DNA of 64,000 nt from an uncultured archaeon (GTDB lineage Archaea > Asgardarchaeota > Lokiarchaeia > Sigyniarchaeales > SOKP01), in assembly GCA_964388035.1 (NCBI GenBank), contig CAYLZE010000014.1, positions 1-64,000 on the forward strand, in the 5' to 3' direction. Position numbers and translations under genes: made by a program. The notes beneath the pieces are model-generated. The model saw only the letters and a program-made list of their open reading frames with translations, did no database searches and was not told the DNA's origin. Below, one piece after another: positions 1-10,805 of this stretch. How positions within the stretch are numbered: the stretch's first letter is position 1; every line of letters starts with the position of its first letter.

Positions 1-141
1 AGTTTTAAACATTTGATGATTAAATATAAGTTAGAAAGTAATTAATAATCTCTTTAAAAGAGAGTAAATAAAGTATATCATTGAAAATTCGATAATAAGG
101 TATTTGAAATCTTAAATATGAATTAGAAAAAATAGAATAAC

Positions 142-407
142 CTTTCAGCTGACAAGTCAGTCATCCACTAATTAGCTTTTTTATTTGTAGGTTAACGTAA
201 ATTCCTATATCAGTTCAACTACACGAGAATTTGTAAATTATTAAGAAAACTTTAAGGATAAAAGCAAGAATCAAGGCGATAAAGTGGCGTATTCAGAGGA
301 TTTGAGGTCAAAATATCGCGCTTTCGTTCAATAAGAGTGGTTTAAAGCTATTGAAATCTTGATCTCCTCATGAAATGCGATTAAATAAAAAAAAGATATA
401 AAAAAAA
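142..407. repeat. Dispersed ~270-bp repeat, copy 1
   Basis: Aligns by eye with 15038-15302 (shared CTTTCAGCTGxCAAGTCAGTCATCCA ... AAAGCTATTGAAATCTTGxTCTCCTCATGAAATGCGATTA); lies just 3' of a minus-strand gene. Confidence 0.9.
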
Positions 408-439
408 GCGTTTTCTTTTTATTAAGAGTAGAGAAAATA

Positions 440-1840
440 TTATCTGATTTTGAAAAAAACATCTCTATCTATTTGAAGCTTCACATCTCCAAGCTTCTCA
501 TCTATAAAAAATTGTGCTTCAGTAATTGGTCCAGGAAACAAGGAAGGGACTTCAAATTTGAGTTCTGCGATATTCACGGGAGCAAGCGGGAGCATCAAAT
601 CGTATACTCTCTCTCCCCTACAGTTTGTTTTAAAAACTAAACCTCCTCCTGCGGGAATAACCCTTCCCGTACTATAACCATTAAAAGTCTGATACTCTCC
701 AATTAAATTTTTATAAATACGAGCGATTTTCAATTCAGGTAATGCTTCTTCAATGCTTTTTCCTAGTAGTACTGCTAAAATTCCATGAACAATTGAAATT
801 AAAGAGAGTGGTTTAGTATTCTGTCCAACTATTACTCCTATTTTTAACTCGGGAATCAGCGCAATATATGACCCGGAGGTTCCTATACTTCCTGAATGTT
901 GTACCACTTTGTAGCCAAAAAAGTCTTGTTCTATTGCCCATCCATATCCATAAAATACTTGCTTTTTCTCATTCTTGTCCAAATAGTTAAAGGGAATATG
1001 AAAGTGTTCGCTCCACATTATATTTAGCGATGAGGTTTGGATGATCTGGGCACTATTATAATTACCGCCATTGAGTAATGCAATCATATATTTTGAAATA
1101 TCTTCTACCGTACTGAACAAACCTCCATGAGGAAAGGATAGAGTATCCGTTGCATGGTTAAAAGCAATGAGGTTTTTTCCATCTTCGGAAGGATAATATC
1201 CCGTCATCAACTCCTCACTTTTTTCATAATCCTTAAAAGTCGAGCGAATCATTCCTAAAGGATTGAGAATATTTTCTCGAATAAAATCTGCATATTCTAA
1301 TTTTGAAACCTTTTTAATTATCATTCCCAATATAGTATACATGTCATTATTATACATCCAACGAGAATTAGGTATGTCAATTACAGTGGGAATAGCATTA
1401 TTGACATAATGTAGAAAATCTTTTTCGGTAACGACTGGTACAACACATTCCATTATGTCAAATTGTCGATAATGAACGTTCAAATCGGCGCTTATGTTTG
1501 CAATTCCGGACGTATGAGTAAGCAGATGATGTATCGTAACGGGATTCAGTTCACTTCCTAACTTGAAGGGAAGGTACCTTTTAACGGGATCTTCAATATT
1601 GATTCTTCCTTGCTCTACAAGTTGCATTATTGCCAATGATGTTAAGGATTTAGTGATTGAGCCGATACCGAATAATGTCGTAGGAGTCATGGGTGTTAAT
1701 TTTACTAAATCACGCGCCCCTAGTCCTTGCGAATATATTAATTTATTATCTTTTACTATCCCAACAACAAGTCCAGGTACCTTATCTTGTCTTAGATAAT
1801 CTATAAGATATTCTTCTAAAAGATCAAATTGCTTCGTCAT
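440..1840 (-). CDS. Serine hydrolase, beta-lactamase/AmpC-like family
   Basis: F.IGSITK (SxxK), LLTHTSG, YNN (YxN), YGYGW and HSG motifs. Confidence 0.9.
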   Translation of the reverse strand: MTKQFDLLEEYLIDYLRQDKVPGLVVGIVKDNKLIYSQGLGARDLVKLTPMTPTTLFGIGSITKSLTSLAIMQLVEQGRINIEDPVKRYLPFKLGSELNPVTIHHLLTHTSGIANISADLNVHYRQFDIMECVVPVVTEKDFLHYVNNAIPTVIDIPNSRWMYNNDMYTILGMIIKKVSKLEYADFIRENILNPLGMIRSTFKDYEKSEELMTGYYPSEDGKNLIAFNHATDTLSFPHGGLFSTVEDISKYMIALLNGGNYNSAQIIQTSSLNIMWSEHFHIPFNYLDKNEKKQVFYGYGWAIEQDFFGYKVVQHSGSIGTSGSYIALIPELKIGVIVGQNTKPLSLISIVHGILAVLLGKSIEEALPELKIARIYKNLIGEYQTFNGYSTGRVIPAGGGLVFKTNCRGERVYDLMLPLAPVNIAELKFEVPSLFPGPITEAQFFIDEKLGDVKLQIDRDVFFKIR

Positions 1841-1878
1841 TTTTATGGTTAATTACCTTAAATTTTAATTCAATTTGT

Positions 1879-3309
1879 TCAGAATCCTAATTCCTTGAGC
1901 TTTTCTTGATTCTCTCGCACTTTATCTTGCGTTAATGGATAGAATTTCCAAAAGATTAGAGTTCCTATCACCATGAAGAGCATCGGTACTAAACCCCATT
2001 GGAGGCGAAGTCCCCATAACGCTAAATTAACATCTGGGCTAAGTTGTGCTAGTTCTTCATAAGTTTGAGCACCTGCAACAAACCCAGTTATATCATGGAT
2101 AAAAGCAATGACAAATTCATCAACAGAGGCAACTAATCGACTAAGAAGGGCCCATACACCAATTAATACCCCTTTTTGATTTTTCCGCGTTTTAACAACG
2201 AAATCATCGAATACATTTAATTGTATTAAGGGAATTAACAATGTCCATAATCCTCCAATGGAAAAACCAAGGATTAAAGTAAATATGTATAAATCGATTA
2301 TCCCTTGGAAAAAGCTCATTGGAATAAGACCAAGACTGAATGCTATACAAGCAATTAGTATTGTTTTCTTATTATCATCCACTTTCTTTGATAAACGGAC
2401 CCAAAAAGGGACAGAAAGTAAAGCTGCAATAAGAAATAAAGCGAATAAAACTGTGACCACTAAAGCACTTGCTCGGAGTACAAAAGTAACTATATAAATA
2501 ACAGATTGAGTTAGTAGTGAATTCGCAATAAGATAAAATGCAGAGAGCAAAAATAATACTATGAAACTCTTTAATTTGAATACTTCCTTAGCTCCTTTAA
2601 CGAAATTCATGCTTTCATATTCTGAATAATATTTCTGAATAATTTCTTGATCTTCACGAGCACCAGGAATAAAGAGAACTGCAGAAACAATCGCAATTAA
2701 CGATAAAATCCCCGCCATAAACGCGAATGCAGCTCTATTATCTCCCGCACTTAAAAATAGTGGGGGTACTATCATTGCTATTACTTGAGCTACCATCGAT
2801 AAAGGAGTAAAGTAACCTGCCAAATTTCTTCTCTCTCTTTCACTGCGAAATTTATCAGGACGCAAGGCTAAAATGTTTATACCCACTAAAGTATTGAACG
2901 TATCATATATGAATAATGACATTAATAGCCAAAGAAATACCGGTAAAGGATTAACTGAAGCATCTATGTTAGGTGCGGAATAGATTAAATATAAGCTGAT
3001 ACACCAGGGAAATATACCTATGACAATCCATGGAAATCGTCTCCCCCATTTTTTCGTCCATTTGAAATTTCGATCTACCAGAAATCCAAAAATGGGGTCA
3101 TTAATAGCATTATACACGGTGAAGATTGTCATTGCCAAGAATATCAAATAACCCGATAGCCCTAATACGACTTCATAATAAAAAAATAAGAAAACAGTGA
3201 TAGTGCCTTCGAGAAACGTGACGGTAAAGCCATATGAACTAAAAGAAGCATAAGTCCATTTAGAGTGCCTTGATTCCCCAAAATCTTCTATTTCTTTCAC
3301 ATTTTTCAC
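1879..3309 (-). CDS. MFS transporter, glycoside-pentoside-hexuronide (MelB-like) family
   Basis: NAINDPIFGFLVDR and WGRRFPWI motifs; about 12 hydrophobic segments. Confidence 0.9.
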   Translation of the reverse strand: MKNVKEIEDFGESRHSKWTYASFSSYGFTVTFLEGTITVFLFFYYEVVLGLSGYLIFLAMTIFTVYNAINDPIFGFLVDRNFKWTKKWGRRFPWIVIGIFPWCISLYLIYSAPNIDASVNPLPVFLWLLMSLFIYDTFNTLVGINILALRPDKFRSERERRNLAGYFTPLSMVAQVIAMIVPPLFLSAGDNRAAFAFMAGILSLIAIVSAVLFIPGAREDQEIIQKYYSEYESMNFVKGAKEVFKLKSFIVLFLLSAFYLIANSLLTQSVIYIVTFVLRASALVVTVLFALFLIAALLSVPFWVRLSKKVDDNKKTILIACIAFSLGLIPMSFFQGIIDLYIFTLILGFSIGGLWTLLIPLIQLNVFDDFVVKTRKNQKGVLIGVWALLSRLVASVDEFVIAFIHDITGFVAGAQTYEELAQLSPDVNLALWGLRLQWGLVPMLFMVIGTLIFWKFYPLTQDKVRENQEKLKELGF

Positions 3310-3682
3310 TTCTTATTGTTAATTTATATTAAGATTGAGTTTTTTACTTTTCTGATAAAAAGTTGATATTTATAAATACGTTTCATTTTTAAATGTTGCC
3401 TTTTTTTCAGAATTAACTGTATTATTCTGTAAAAAGGAGCATATTCCCTATCTTTTTATTTCCATTTTTCTAATATTTTAACAAAATTTAATATATACCA
3501 ATACTACTTTTATCTAACTTATATGATAATAATAAAATAAATAATTCGATTATCATTCCCGATAGCATTATTTTTGATTAGATCTTTATTATATTAAATT
3601 ATTTTAGACAATATTCTGCGAATGATTATTATAATTGAAAAAGAAATCAAGGATTACAAAGTAATTATTTTTCCCAAATATC

Positions 3683-4792
3683 ATGTCTATTGAATTGACT
3701 GATAAAGAAAAATTGCTCTTGTGGGGTTTAAATAAACATCCAAATGCAACCCTTAATGAATTATCGGATATATTATCTCTAAAACAATCTACTACCGCTG
3801 CAATTAAAAATAGGTTGATGAAGCAACATTATTTCTTTGAACTCAATATACCAATGCTAAATAGACTTGGTTTTGAAATGTTAGGAGTAGGTATTATGAA
3901 ATTTAACTCCCTTATTTCAATGAAACATCGCTTTGGGAAGACTGTAGAACTCATGGATAATTCGTATGATCTATTTCTTGCAGTAGAAGGGCAAAATATT
4001 GGTCTTGCATTTGGTTTTTTCAGAGATTATACGAATTTTAAAAAATTTGAAGAAGATAATACTATAAAACTAGCGGGATTAGATTTTTTAGAAGGGAAAC
4101 TCCCAATCTATGTATTATTTCCCTTTAAACACAGCCATATAAGAACATTTTTTGATTTTTGGCGTTTGTTGGATGAGGTGTTTTCTCTTAACAACACGGT
4201 GAATACATTTAATGACCAAAAGTGGTTTTTCCCGAAAAACTCAATTGACTTAACTGATAAGGAAAAACTGGTTCTACTTGCCTTAACTGAATATCCTAAT
4301 GCTACCTTAAAACAAATTGGCGATAGTATCAATTTATCACGGCATAGTGTAGGTAGAATAAAAAGTAAATTATTCGAAATGGGATTAATAAAAAAATTAT
4401 ACCTCCCAAATTTCCTTAAACTGGGATTAAACATTCTAGCGTTGTATTACATAACATTTAATCCAAAAAACCCCCCTAAAAATGAGGATTTTATCCTCTT
4501 GAATTCTAAGTTTTCTCTCTTTTTTGCCAATACTAGTTTAGAAGCTGTTCTTGTTGCTTCATATCGAGACTTTAAGGAGTATTTGAATGATAAAATGCAA
4601 AAAATTTCCTTTCTAAAAGAGAAAAACCTTATCATTGAAGAGCCCATGATCCATGAAATTTCAGTCGAAAAAATGCAAATCACAAAAGCGTTTGATGCGA
4701 GCATGATCCTCAGGACAATCTTTGATATAACTCAACCCATTTTTGATTTGCAAAGAATTCCCTCCTTTAGAAGCTTAAAGGAAACCTTATAA
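3683..4792 (+). CDS. Transcriptional regulator with two tandem Lrp/AsnC-like winged-HTH repeats
   Basis: Internal duplication LTDKEKL.L..L..(H/Y)PNATL at the N-terminus and near aa 190; divergent from the MFS gene. Confidence 0.75.
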   Translation: MSIELTDKEKLLLWGLNKHPNATLNELSDILSLKQSTTAAIKNRLMKQHYFFELNIPMLNRLGFEMLGVGIMKFNSLISMKHRFGKTVELMDNSYDLFLAVEGQNIGLAFGFFRDYTNFKKFEEDNTIKLAGLDFLEGKLPIYVLFPFKHSHIRTFFDFWRLLDEVFSLNNTVNTFNDQKWFFPKNSIDLTDKEKLVLLALTEYPNATLKQIGDSINLSRHSVGRIKSKLFEMGLIKKLYLPNFLKLGLNILALYYITFNPKNPPKNEDFILLNSKFSLFFANTSLEAVLVASYRDFKEYLNDKMQKISFLKEKNLIIEEPMIHEISVEKMQITKAFDASMILRTIFDITQPIFDLQRIPSFRSLKETL

Positions 4793-4897
4793 GTTGGAAA
4801 TGATTAAGCATCCCTTTATTTTCAATATCACGAAATAATAAGAGTTAGTGTTTCTTGATATTTTACATTTTTAAATTTACCTTCCTTATAATTAATC

Positions 4898-5557
4898 ATG
4901 CATAAAAGTAAACATTGTGTAATATTTGGAGCTCCTGGTTCTGGTAAAGGTACATTTTGTTCACATGTTGTTGAGCTATTTCCAATGATTAAACATGTTA
5001 GTACTGGGGATATTTTTCGAGAGAACGTGAAGAATGAAACGGAATTAGGTAAAAAAGTGAAAAAGTATTTGGATGAGGGCAAGTTAGTCCCCGATGAAAT
5101 AACCAATGCTATTGTCAAAGATAAATTGGAACAATTAAAAAAGGATAATTGGATTTTGGATGGATTTCCTCGTACTTTACTGCAAGCTGAATTTCTAAGT
5201 TCATCGTTTGAAATTGATAAAGTCTTAGTACTGGATGTTTCCCGAGATACCATTAAAAAAAGAATTTTAGGAAGATTTAGTTGTCCAAAGTGCAAAAAAA
5301 TATATAATAAATTCACTTTACCTCCGAAGAAAGAATTGGGAGAAGATAAATGGATTTGCGACGAGTGCGGTGCAGAAATTACCTTTCAACAAAGAAGTGA
5401 TGATACCGAAGAAGCCTTAGAGAAAAGATTGGATGTTTATGAACAGAACGCTAAACCTGTTTTAGATTATTATCAAAACAAAGGAAAATTAAAAAAGATT
5501 GAAACTGAAAATACTTTAGAATTATCAAAGAAAGATATTAAAAAGATGCTTAAGTGA
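4898..5557 (+). CDS. adk: Adenylate kinase with Zn-binding lid
   Basis: GAPGSGKGT P-loop, HVSTGDIFR, WILDGFPRT, CxxC...CxxC lid, QRSDD. Confidence 0.95.
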   Translation: MHKSKHCVIFGAPGSGKGTFCSHVVELFPMIKHVSTGDIFRENVKNETELGKKVKKYLDEGKLVPDEITNAIVKDKLEQLKKDNWILDGFPRTLLQAEFLSSSFEIDKVLVLDVSRDTIKKRILGRFSCPKCKKIYNKFTLPPKKELGEDKWICDECGAEITFQQRSDDTEEALEKRLDVYEQNAKPVLDYYQNKGKLKKIETENTLELSKKDIKKMLK

Positions 5558-5563
5558 GAAAGA

Positions 5564-5980
5564 ATGATTCAAAAAACATTCGTTATGATTAAACCGGATG
5601 CGGTAAAAAGGGACCTTATTGGAAGGATTATTAATCGCTTTGAGGAAGCTGAAGATCTTACCATAAAAGATATGAAGATGATGTCTTTAAATCGATCTCT
5701 AGCAGAAAGTAACTATCTTGAACACAAGGGAAAGGAATTCTATCCCCGATTAATAGAATTCATAACGTCAGGACCGGTGGTTGCCATGGTGATCGAAGGA
5801 GAAAATGCGATTTCTAAAGTACGTGAACTGGTGGGTGCAACAAATCCTTCAAAAGCCGAATCTGGAACAATTAGAGGAGATTTTAAGGAAATACCTGTTA
5901 ATAGTATCACGGAAAATATGATCCATGCTTCAGATTCTGAAATCTCCGCAAAAAGAGAGATAGCTCTATTTTTTAATTAA
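5564..5980 (+). CDS. ndk: Nucleoside-diphosphate kinase
   Basis: TFVMIKPDAV, FITSGPVVAMV, GTIRGDF, IHASDS (phospho-His). Confidence 0.97.
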   Translation: MIQKTFVMIKPDAVKRDLIGRIINRFEEAEDLTIKDMKMMSLNRSLAESNYLEHKGKEFYPRLIEFITSGPVVAMVIEGENAISKVRELVGATNPSKAESGTIRGDFKEIPVNSITENMIHASDSEISAKREIALFFN

Positions 5981-6057
5981 AAAATAATTTTTTCATTTTA
6001 CTTCAACTTTAACTTAAAGCAAATTGATTCTAGAATAATTAAATTCGTATAAATATC

Positions 6058-6801
6058 ATGAAACCTCAAATTTGTATCGCGTTGCCTATTAAATCGGGAA
6101 AAATTGAGGATCTTAAAAAAGACTTAGAAAAGGTGCGAGATTTAAATCCCAACTTCATAGAATTGAGATTTGATTATATAAAAAAGTTAAGTGAGTTGAA
6201 TGAAGAGTTTATCAATTCCTTGCTAAGCTACATTAGGCCCCCAATTCCCGTGATTTTCACGTTACGCAAATTTTCTGAAGGCGGCAACACACAAATTGAA
6301 GAAATAGACCGCTATCGCATTATAGAAGAATTATTGGACTTTAAACCTCAATATATAGATATTGAAATGAGCACTGAAGATGAAATATTAAGTAAAATCA
6401 TTTCAAAATGCGTTGATTATGAAATCGGTATAATTTTTTCCCATCATGATTTCCAGAAGACTCCCCGTCTTGCAGATTGTTTAAGGATTATTGAAGATTT
6501 TCGGAAACGGATAAAGAAAGATTTAAAATTTGATTTGAAAATAGTGGAAAAAAATGTTTTAAAACTCATATTTACCGCTCAATCCGTTGAAGACTGCCTC
6601 ATTCCCCTTCAAATATGCGCACATTTATCAAACAAGAAACAAAAAATAATAAGTTTCTGCATGGGAGATTTGGGAATTTTATCCCGGGTATTATGTATAT
6701 CTTCAGGTTCATATTTCACATTTGCATCAATTGAAGAAGGTACAGCTTCCGGTCAAATAAAAATTGAACCATTAAGAAAATTTTACGATTTTTTCTTATA
6801 G
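6058..6801 (+). CDS. aroD: Type I 3-dehydroquinate dehydratase
   Basis: ELRFD, IFTLR..EGG, IDIE, SHHDF..TP, MGDLG..SR, ASGQ. Confidence 0.92.
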   Translation: MKPQICIALPIKSGKIEDLKKDLEKVRDLNPNFIELRFDYIKKLSELNEEFINSLLSYIRPPIPVIFTLRKFSEGGNTQIEEIDRYRIIEELLDFKPQYIDIEMSTEDEILSKIISKCVDYEIGIIFSHHDFQKTPRLADCLRIIEDFRKRIKKDLKFDLKIVEKNVLKLIFTAQSVEDCLIPLQICAHLSNKKQKIISFCMGDLGILSRVLCISSGSYFTFASIEEGTASGQIKIEPLRKFYDFFL

Positions 6802-7287
6802 TTTCTGAAAGTTCATTTACCTAGCTGATTAAATTCAACAATATTGGATAAAAATCCCATTTTTTATTTTATATTTTTTAGCCGATTGTAGGTTAAGCAT
6901 TTAATAAATGCAATAGACGGGTTATCTCATCATCATTTATTTAATTATCTCGGGCATATTTGAAACTTTTTTCCAGTTAGATTTCATTCGAGGAATTATG
7001 ATAAAATATTAGAAACAGATTCCTAAAAAAGTCTTTTTATATAAAGTTTAAATTGTTCTTAGGGTTCTTAATTCCTTTTTCTAAGATATGATAAAAAATG
7101 GAACATCTGTTAAAATGCGAAGAAGAATGAATCATTTTGAAATATTTTGAGATCTCTTCGGAAACTTTGGAACTAACTTCTAAATCTAAATCACAAAAAA
7201 ATCATACATGTATAAATATTTAGCAAAATTATTGCTTATTATTATTTCAATCAGAATCGAAGGAAATAATATTATTCGGGGATATTT

Positions 7288-8673
7288 ATGAATCAAGATC
7301 AAATTCAAAAAAAAAATGAGTTTAATCGAACACTCCCGGTTGCTGTAGACGTAGATGTGGCCGTTATTGGAAGTGGTCCGGCGGGAATTGCGGCGTGTAT
7401 TGCAGCAAAACGGCACGGTGCGAAGGTGGTTCTCATCGAGAGATTTCCATTTTTTGGGGGAATGTCCACTTTGGTTCCCATAGCCACGTGGCCCTTGAAT
7501 ACTGCCGTAGAGATCGGAGAATTGGACATGCCTTATGACGGAATTGCAGGAGAAATCATGGAAAAAATGAAGAAGCAAAATGCCATTGAATTACATACCG
7601 TGGAAAATGATGGAGTAGATGCTTTTATCATGGATCCTACCCCAGATGACAAGGTTGCAACCAGTAAATGGTATCTTTTTGATCCAGAGGTCCTAAAAAA
7701 TCTTTATTTTGACATGTTACATGACGAAAAAGTAAAATTGAGAATTAATTCTCTCGTAGTGGATTCGATTGTTGAAGATGAGAGAATAGAAGCACTCGTT
7801 GTTGAAAGTCTAACTCGAAGAGAATTAATTAAAGCAAAAATCTTCATTGATGCCACGGGTAGTGCAGATGTGGTGGCACGATCTGGCTCTCCCACTGCGT
7901 TGGGTTCCAGAGATAATGATGGGGTACCCCCTGGTCTGATGGTTCCTTCATCAACTACCTTTCGCATTGCGGGAGTGGATACGGATAATCTCGATATGTA
8001 CGAAGTAGCACGGAATTATGAAAGATCCAGAGCAAATGGTGAAATTAAAGTACCTTTGGAAGGATTGGGCTGGCAAATTGTTTGCAAAGGGGTAATACAA
8101 ATCTTCGGAACGCGCGTTTTTAATATTAATCCCTTGGATCCTCAAAAAGCCGTAAAGGGTGAAATGAAGCAAAGACGTCAAATACGAGATATCCATGCTT
8201 TTCTCAAGAAAAAAATACCCGCCTTTAAAGATTCTATTATCATCAATACGGGGGTTTGCTTGGGAATGATTGGTACCCGACGCATTCGAGGGGATTACTT
8301 CATCACCCAAGAAGATATTTTAGAAGCAAAAAAATTTGAAGATGCTATAGCTACGGGCACGTATAGAGTCGAAATTTGGGAACCGAACGGAGAAAAGTTA
8401 CATTTCCAGCATTTGATCGGAACGTGGTATACCATTCCTTATCGCGCACTTCTTCCCAAAGGACTGGAAAACGTGATCGTTGCAGGAAGTTGCATTTCGG
8501 GGCAAATAGTTGCAATGGGTCCTTGGGCCATCATGCCCGTTTGTTATAAAACGGGACAAGCTGCTGGGACTGCCGCTTCTATATGCGTGAAACAGGATTT
8601 GACTCCACGCCAAATTGATGTGAAGGAATTACAGAACCAACTTCGACAAGATGGTATATTTCTGGGATTTTGA
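7288..8673 (+). CDS. FAD-dependent oxidoreductase
   Basis: DVAVIGSGPAGIAA Rossmann motif, FIDATGSAD, YTIPYRALLP, GQAAGTAA. Confidence 0.88.
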   Translation: MNQDQIQKKNEFNRTLPVAVDVDVAVIGSGPAGIAACIAAKRHGAKVVLIERFPFFGGMSTLVPIATWPLNTAVEIGELDMPYDGIAGEIMEKMKKQNAIELHTVENDGVDAFIMDPTPDDKVATSKWYLFDPEVLKNLYFDMLHDEKVKLRINSLVVDSIVEDERIEALVVESLTRRELIKAKIFIDATGSADVVARSGSPTALGSRDNDGVPPGLMVPSSTTFRIAGVDTDNLDMYEVARNYERSRANGEIKVPLEGLGWQIVCKGVIQIFGTRVFNINPLDPQKAVKGEMKQRRQIRDIHAFLKKKIPAFKDSIIINTGVCLGMIGTRRIRGDYFITQEDILEAKKFEDAIATGTYRVEIWEPNGEKLHFQHLIGTWYTIPYRALLPKGLENVIVAGSCISGQIVAMGPWAIMPVCYKTGQAAGTAASICVKQDLTPRQIDVKELQNQLRQDGIFLGF

Positions 8674-8710
8674 TTTTTTTTAATTAAATTGACAAAAACA
8701 GAGGAATAAA

Positions 8711-10171
8711 ATGACAAATAATGTCCAAAGTTTGAAAGAAGAACCTCAAGAACATTCTAAATTAATCATGGCGAGTTACGGATCGCGAGAATTGTTCGGA
8801 CAATGGATCGCTGCTGCATTTGGATTTACCGCATTTTTCTATTATGAGGTTGTTATTGGTCTCAACGTGGTACTCGCTGCAACAGCATACGTTTTATACA
8901 GCATTTGGAATGCGGTCAATGATCCGTTGCTTGGTTATTTAATGGAAAGAATCCACATGCCCTGGGAAAAAAAATGGGGCTTAAAAAGATTTCCCTGGCT
9001 TTTAATAGCGGCATTTCCTTGGGCAATCTCCTTTGCAATAATTTTTATGGTCCCCCAACAATGGGACCCAATTACTAATCCTGGTGATAATTTACCTGTA
9101 TTTCTATGGTTTTTAAGCACCATATGCATCTATGATACTTTCAATTCCTTGTTTGATGTAAACGTTCTAGGGCTTTATCCGGAGAAATTTCAGGGATTGG
9201 ACGAGCGAAGAACAGTTCAAGGATTCGGAACCATATTAGGTGTCATCGGTTTAGTATTGGCTGCAACCATTCCCCCCATGTTTATCACCACGGGAGTGAG
9301 AGCAACTTATCAAACATCAGCTCTTGTCACGACCAGTTTTGGAATGTTCATTCTCATATTTGCGCTTCCGGGGGTATGGGAAGATAAAAAAACGAGAGAA
9401 CGAAATATAATAAAAAATCAGCAATTACAGCAAGAATCCATCGAAAATTTTTTCAACACTGCTAAATCAGTCTTGAGCAACAAGACATTTCTTGCTAAAG
9501 TCACATTATTTTTTGGATATCAAGTTGCTGCTGTAATGCTTCAAAATTCTGCTTTTTATATAGTTACCTTTCTTCTAAACGAAGGAGCAAGCACCATCAC
9601 CCTCCTTTTAGGAGGAATGCTCCTCGGAGCTCTCGCTTCTGTCCCCTTATGGGTATATTTCTCCCATAAATTGGATAATAATAAAAAAATAAGCATAGCG
9701 GGAGCTATTCTAATGCTGATCGCTTTTGTTCCCATGATCTTTGTCTCAACACTTCTAGGATGGGTAATTCTTTTAGTATTGTTTGGAATAGGACTTGGGG
9801 GACAATGGTTCTCAGATCCACCAACTATCTCCGACGTCATTGATGCGGATACTCTTAAAACCGGAAAACGAAGAGGAAGTATTTATTTTGGCTATCAATT
9901 ATTCTTCATACGACTCGGTTATGCTACCATCGCCATTACTATTGCTATTGTTCATACATTAACGGGATTTGTCGAGGGTGCATCGAGTTTAGTAGAATTG
10001 AGAAGTGAAAGTCCCACTCCCGATCTTGCCCTCTTTGGAATTCGGATCCATTCGGTTATCGTGCCGGCTATTTTTATATTAGTAACGGTTCTCCTTTTCT
10101 GGCGATTCTACGATTTAACTCCAGCAAAAGTGAAAGAAAATCGAAAAAAATTGAAAGAACTTAATTTTTAA
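8711..10171 (+). CDS. MFS transporter, GPH family (paralog of 1879-3309)
   Basis: WNAVNDPLLGYLM, KRFPW, about 12 TM segments; 37 bp after the oxidoreductase gene. Confidence 0.9.
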   Translation: MTNNVQSLKEEPQEHSKLIMASYGSRELFGQWIAAAFGFTAFFYYEVVIGLNVVLAATAYVLYSIWNAVNDPLLGYLMERIHMPWEKKWGLKRFPWLLIAAFPWAISFAIIFMVPQQWDPITNPGDNLPVFLWFLSTICIYDTFNSLFDVNVLGLYPEKFQGLDERRTVQGFGTILGVIGLVLAATIPPMFITTGVRATYQTSALVTTSFGMFILIFALPGVWEDKKTRERNIIKNQQLQQESIENFFNTAKSVLSNKTFLAKVTLFFGYQVAAVMLQNSAFYIVTFLLNEGASTITLLLGGMLLGALASVPLWVYFSHKLDNNKKISIAGAILMLIAFVPMIFVSTLLGWVILLVLFGIGLGGQWFSDPPTISDVIDADTLKTGKRRGSIYFGYQLFFIRLGYATIAITIAIVHTLTGFVEGASSLVELRSESPTPDLALFGIRIHSVIVPAIFILVTVLLFWRFYDLTPAKVKENRKKLKELNF

Positions 10172-10202
10172 TATAATTTTTTACTTTTTTTGTTTCTTTT
10201 AT

Positions 10203-10589
10203 CTATACCCTAAGTTCTAATAGAGATTCATAAGACTTTAATATAACAAGAGTGGCTAGTACAATATATAGCGTACTTACGCTAACGGGAAGTCCTCCAC
10301 CAACTTCAAGAGTAGGTTGCATGCTTATAATAACCCGCAGTATTAATCCAATACTACCAAGTAGAAAGCTCCCAACATAGCTCCAAAACTTTTTTTTCTT
10401 ACAATAATAAATGAAAACGAATGTAAGAACTATTTGTGGGATGACTGCTAATGATGAAATCAAGCGAATTTCGATAGTACCACTCATGAATGTTATAATG
10501 AATGCAATTATAATTGCAATAACAAATACTTCAAGCAATCTTATTAAAACTTTCATATTTATACTAAGTGCTTCAGACTTTATTGACAA
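10203..10589 (-). CDS. Small 4-TM membrane protein, unknown function
   Basis: 128-aa ORF with four hydrophobic segments, TTG start. Confidence 0.6.
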   Translation of the reverse strand: MSIKSEALSINMKVLIRLLEVFVIAIIIAFIITFMSGTIEIRLISSLAVIPQIVLTFVFIYYCKKKKFWSYVGSFLLGSIGLILRVIISMQPTLEVGGGLPVSVSTLYIVLATLVILKSYESLLELRV

Positions 10590-10805
10590 GCTTTATACAT
10601 CCTTACTTTTGTTCAATGTACTACTAAGTCAAACAATGAATTTAATTTTTAACTATATTCATTCCTCCTTTTAGTTTTCTTTAACTTTTCAATTCGCTTT
10701 AGAGGACCATATAATAATTTAATAACCTGACCCTTGGAAAATAGATTTAAATTTAATCTAATTCTACAAGTATGTTTTTATATCTTTTCTTTCATTTTAT
10801 TATGC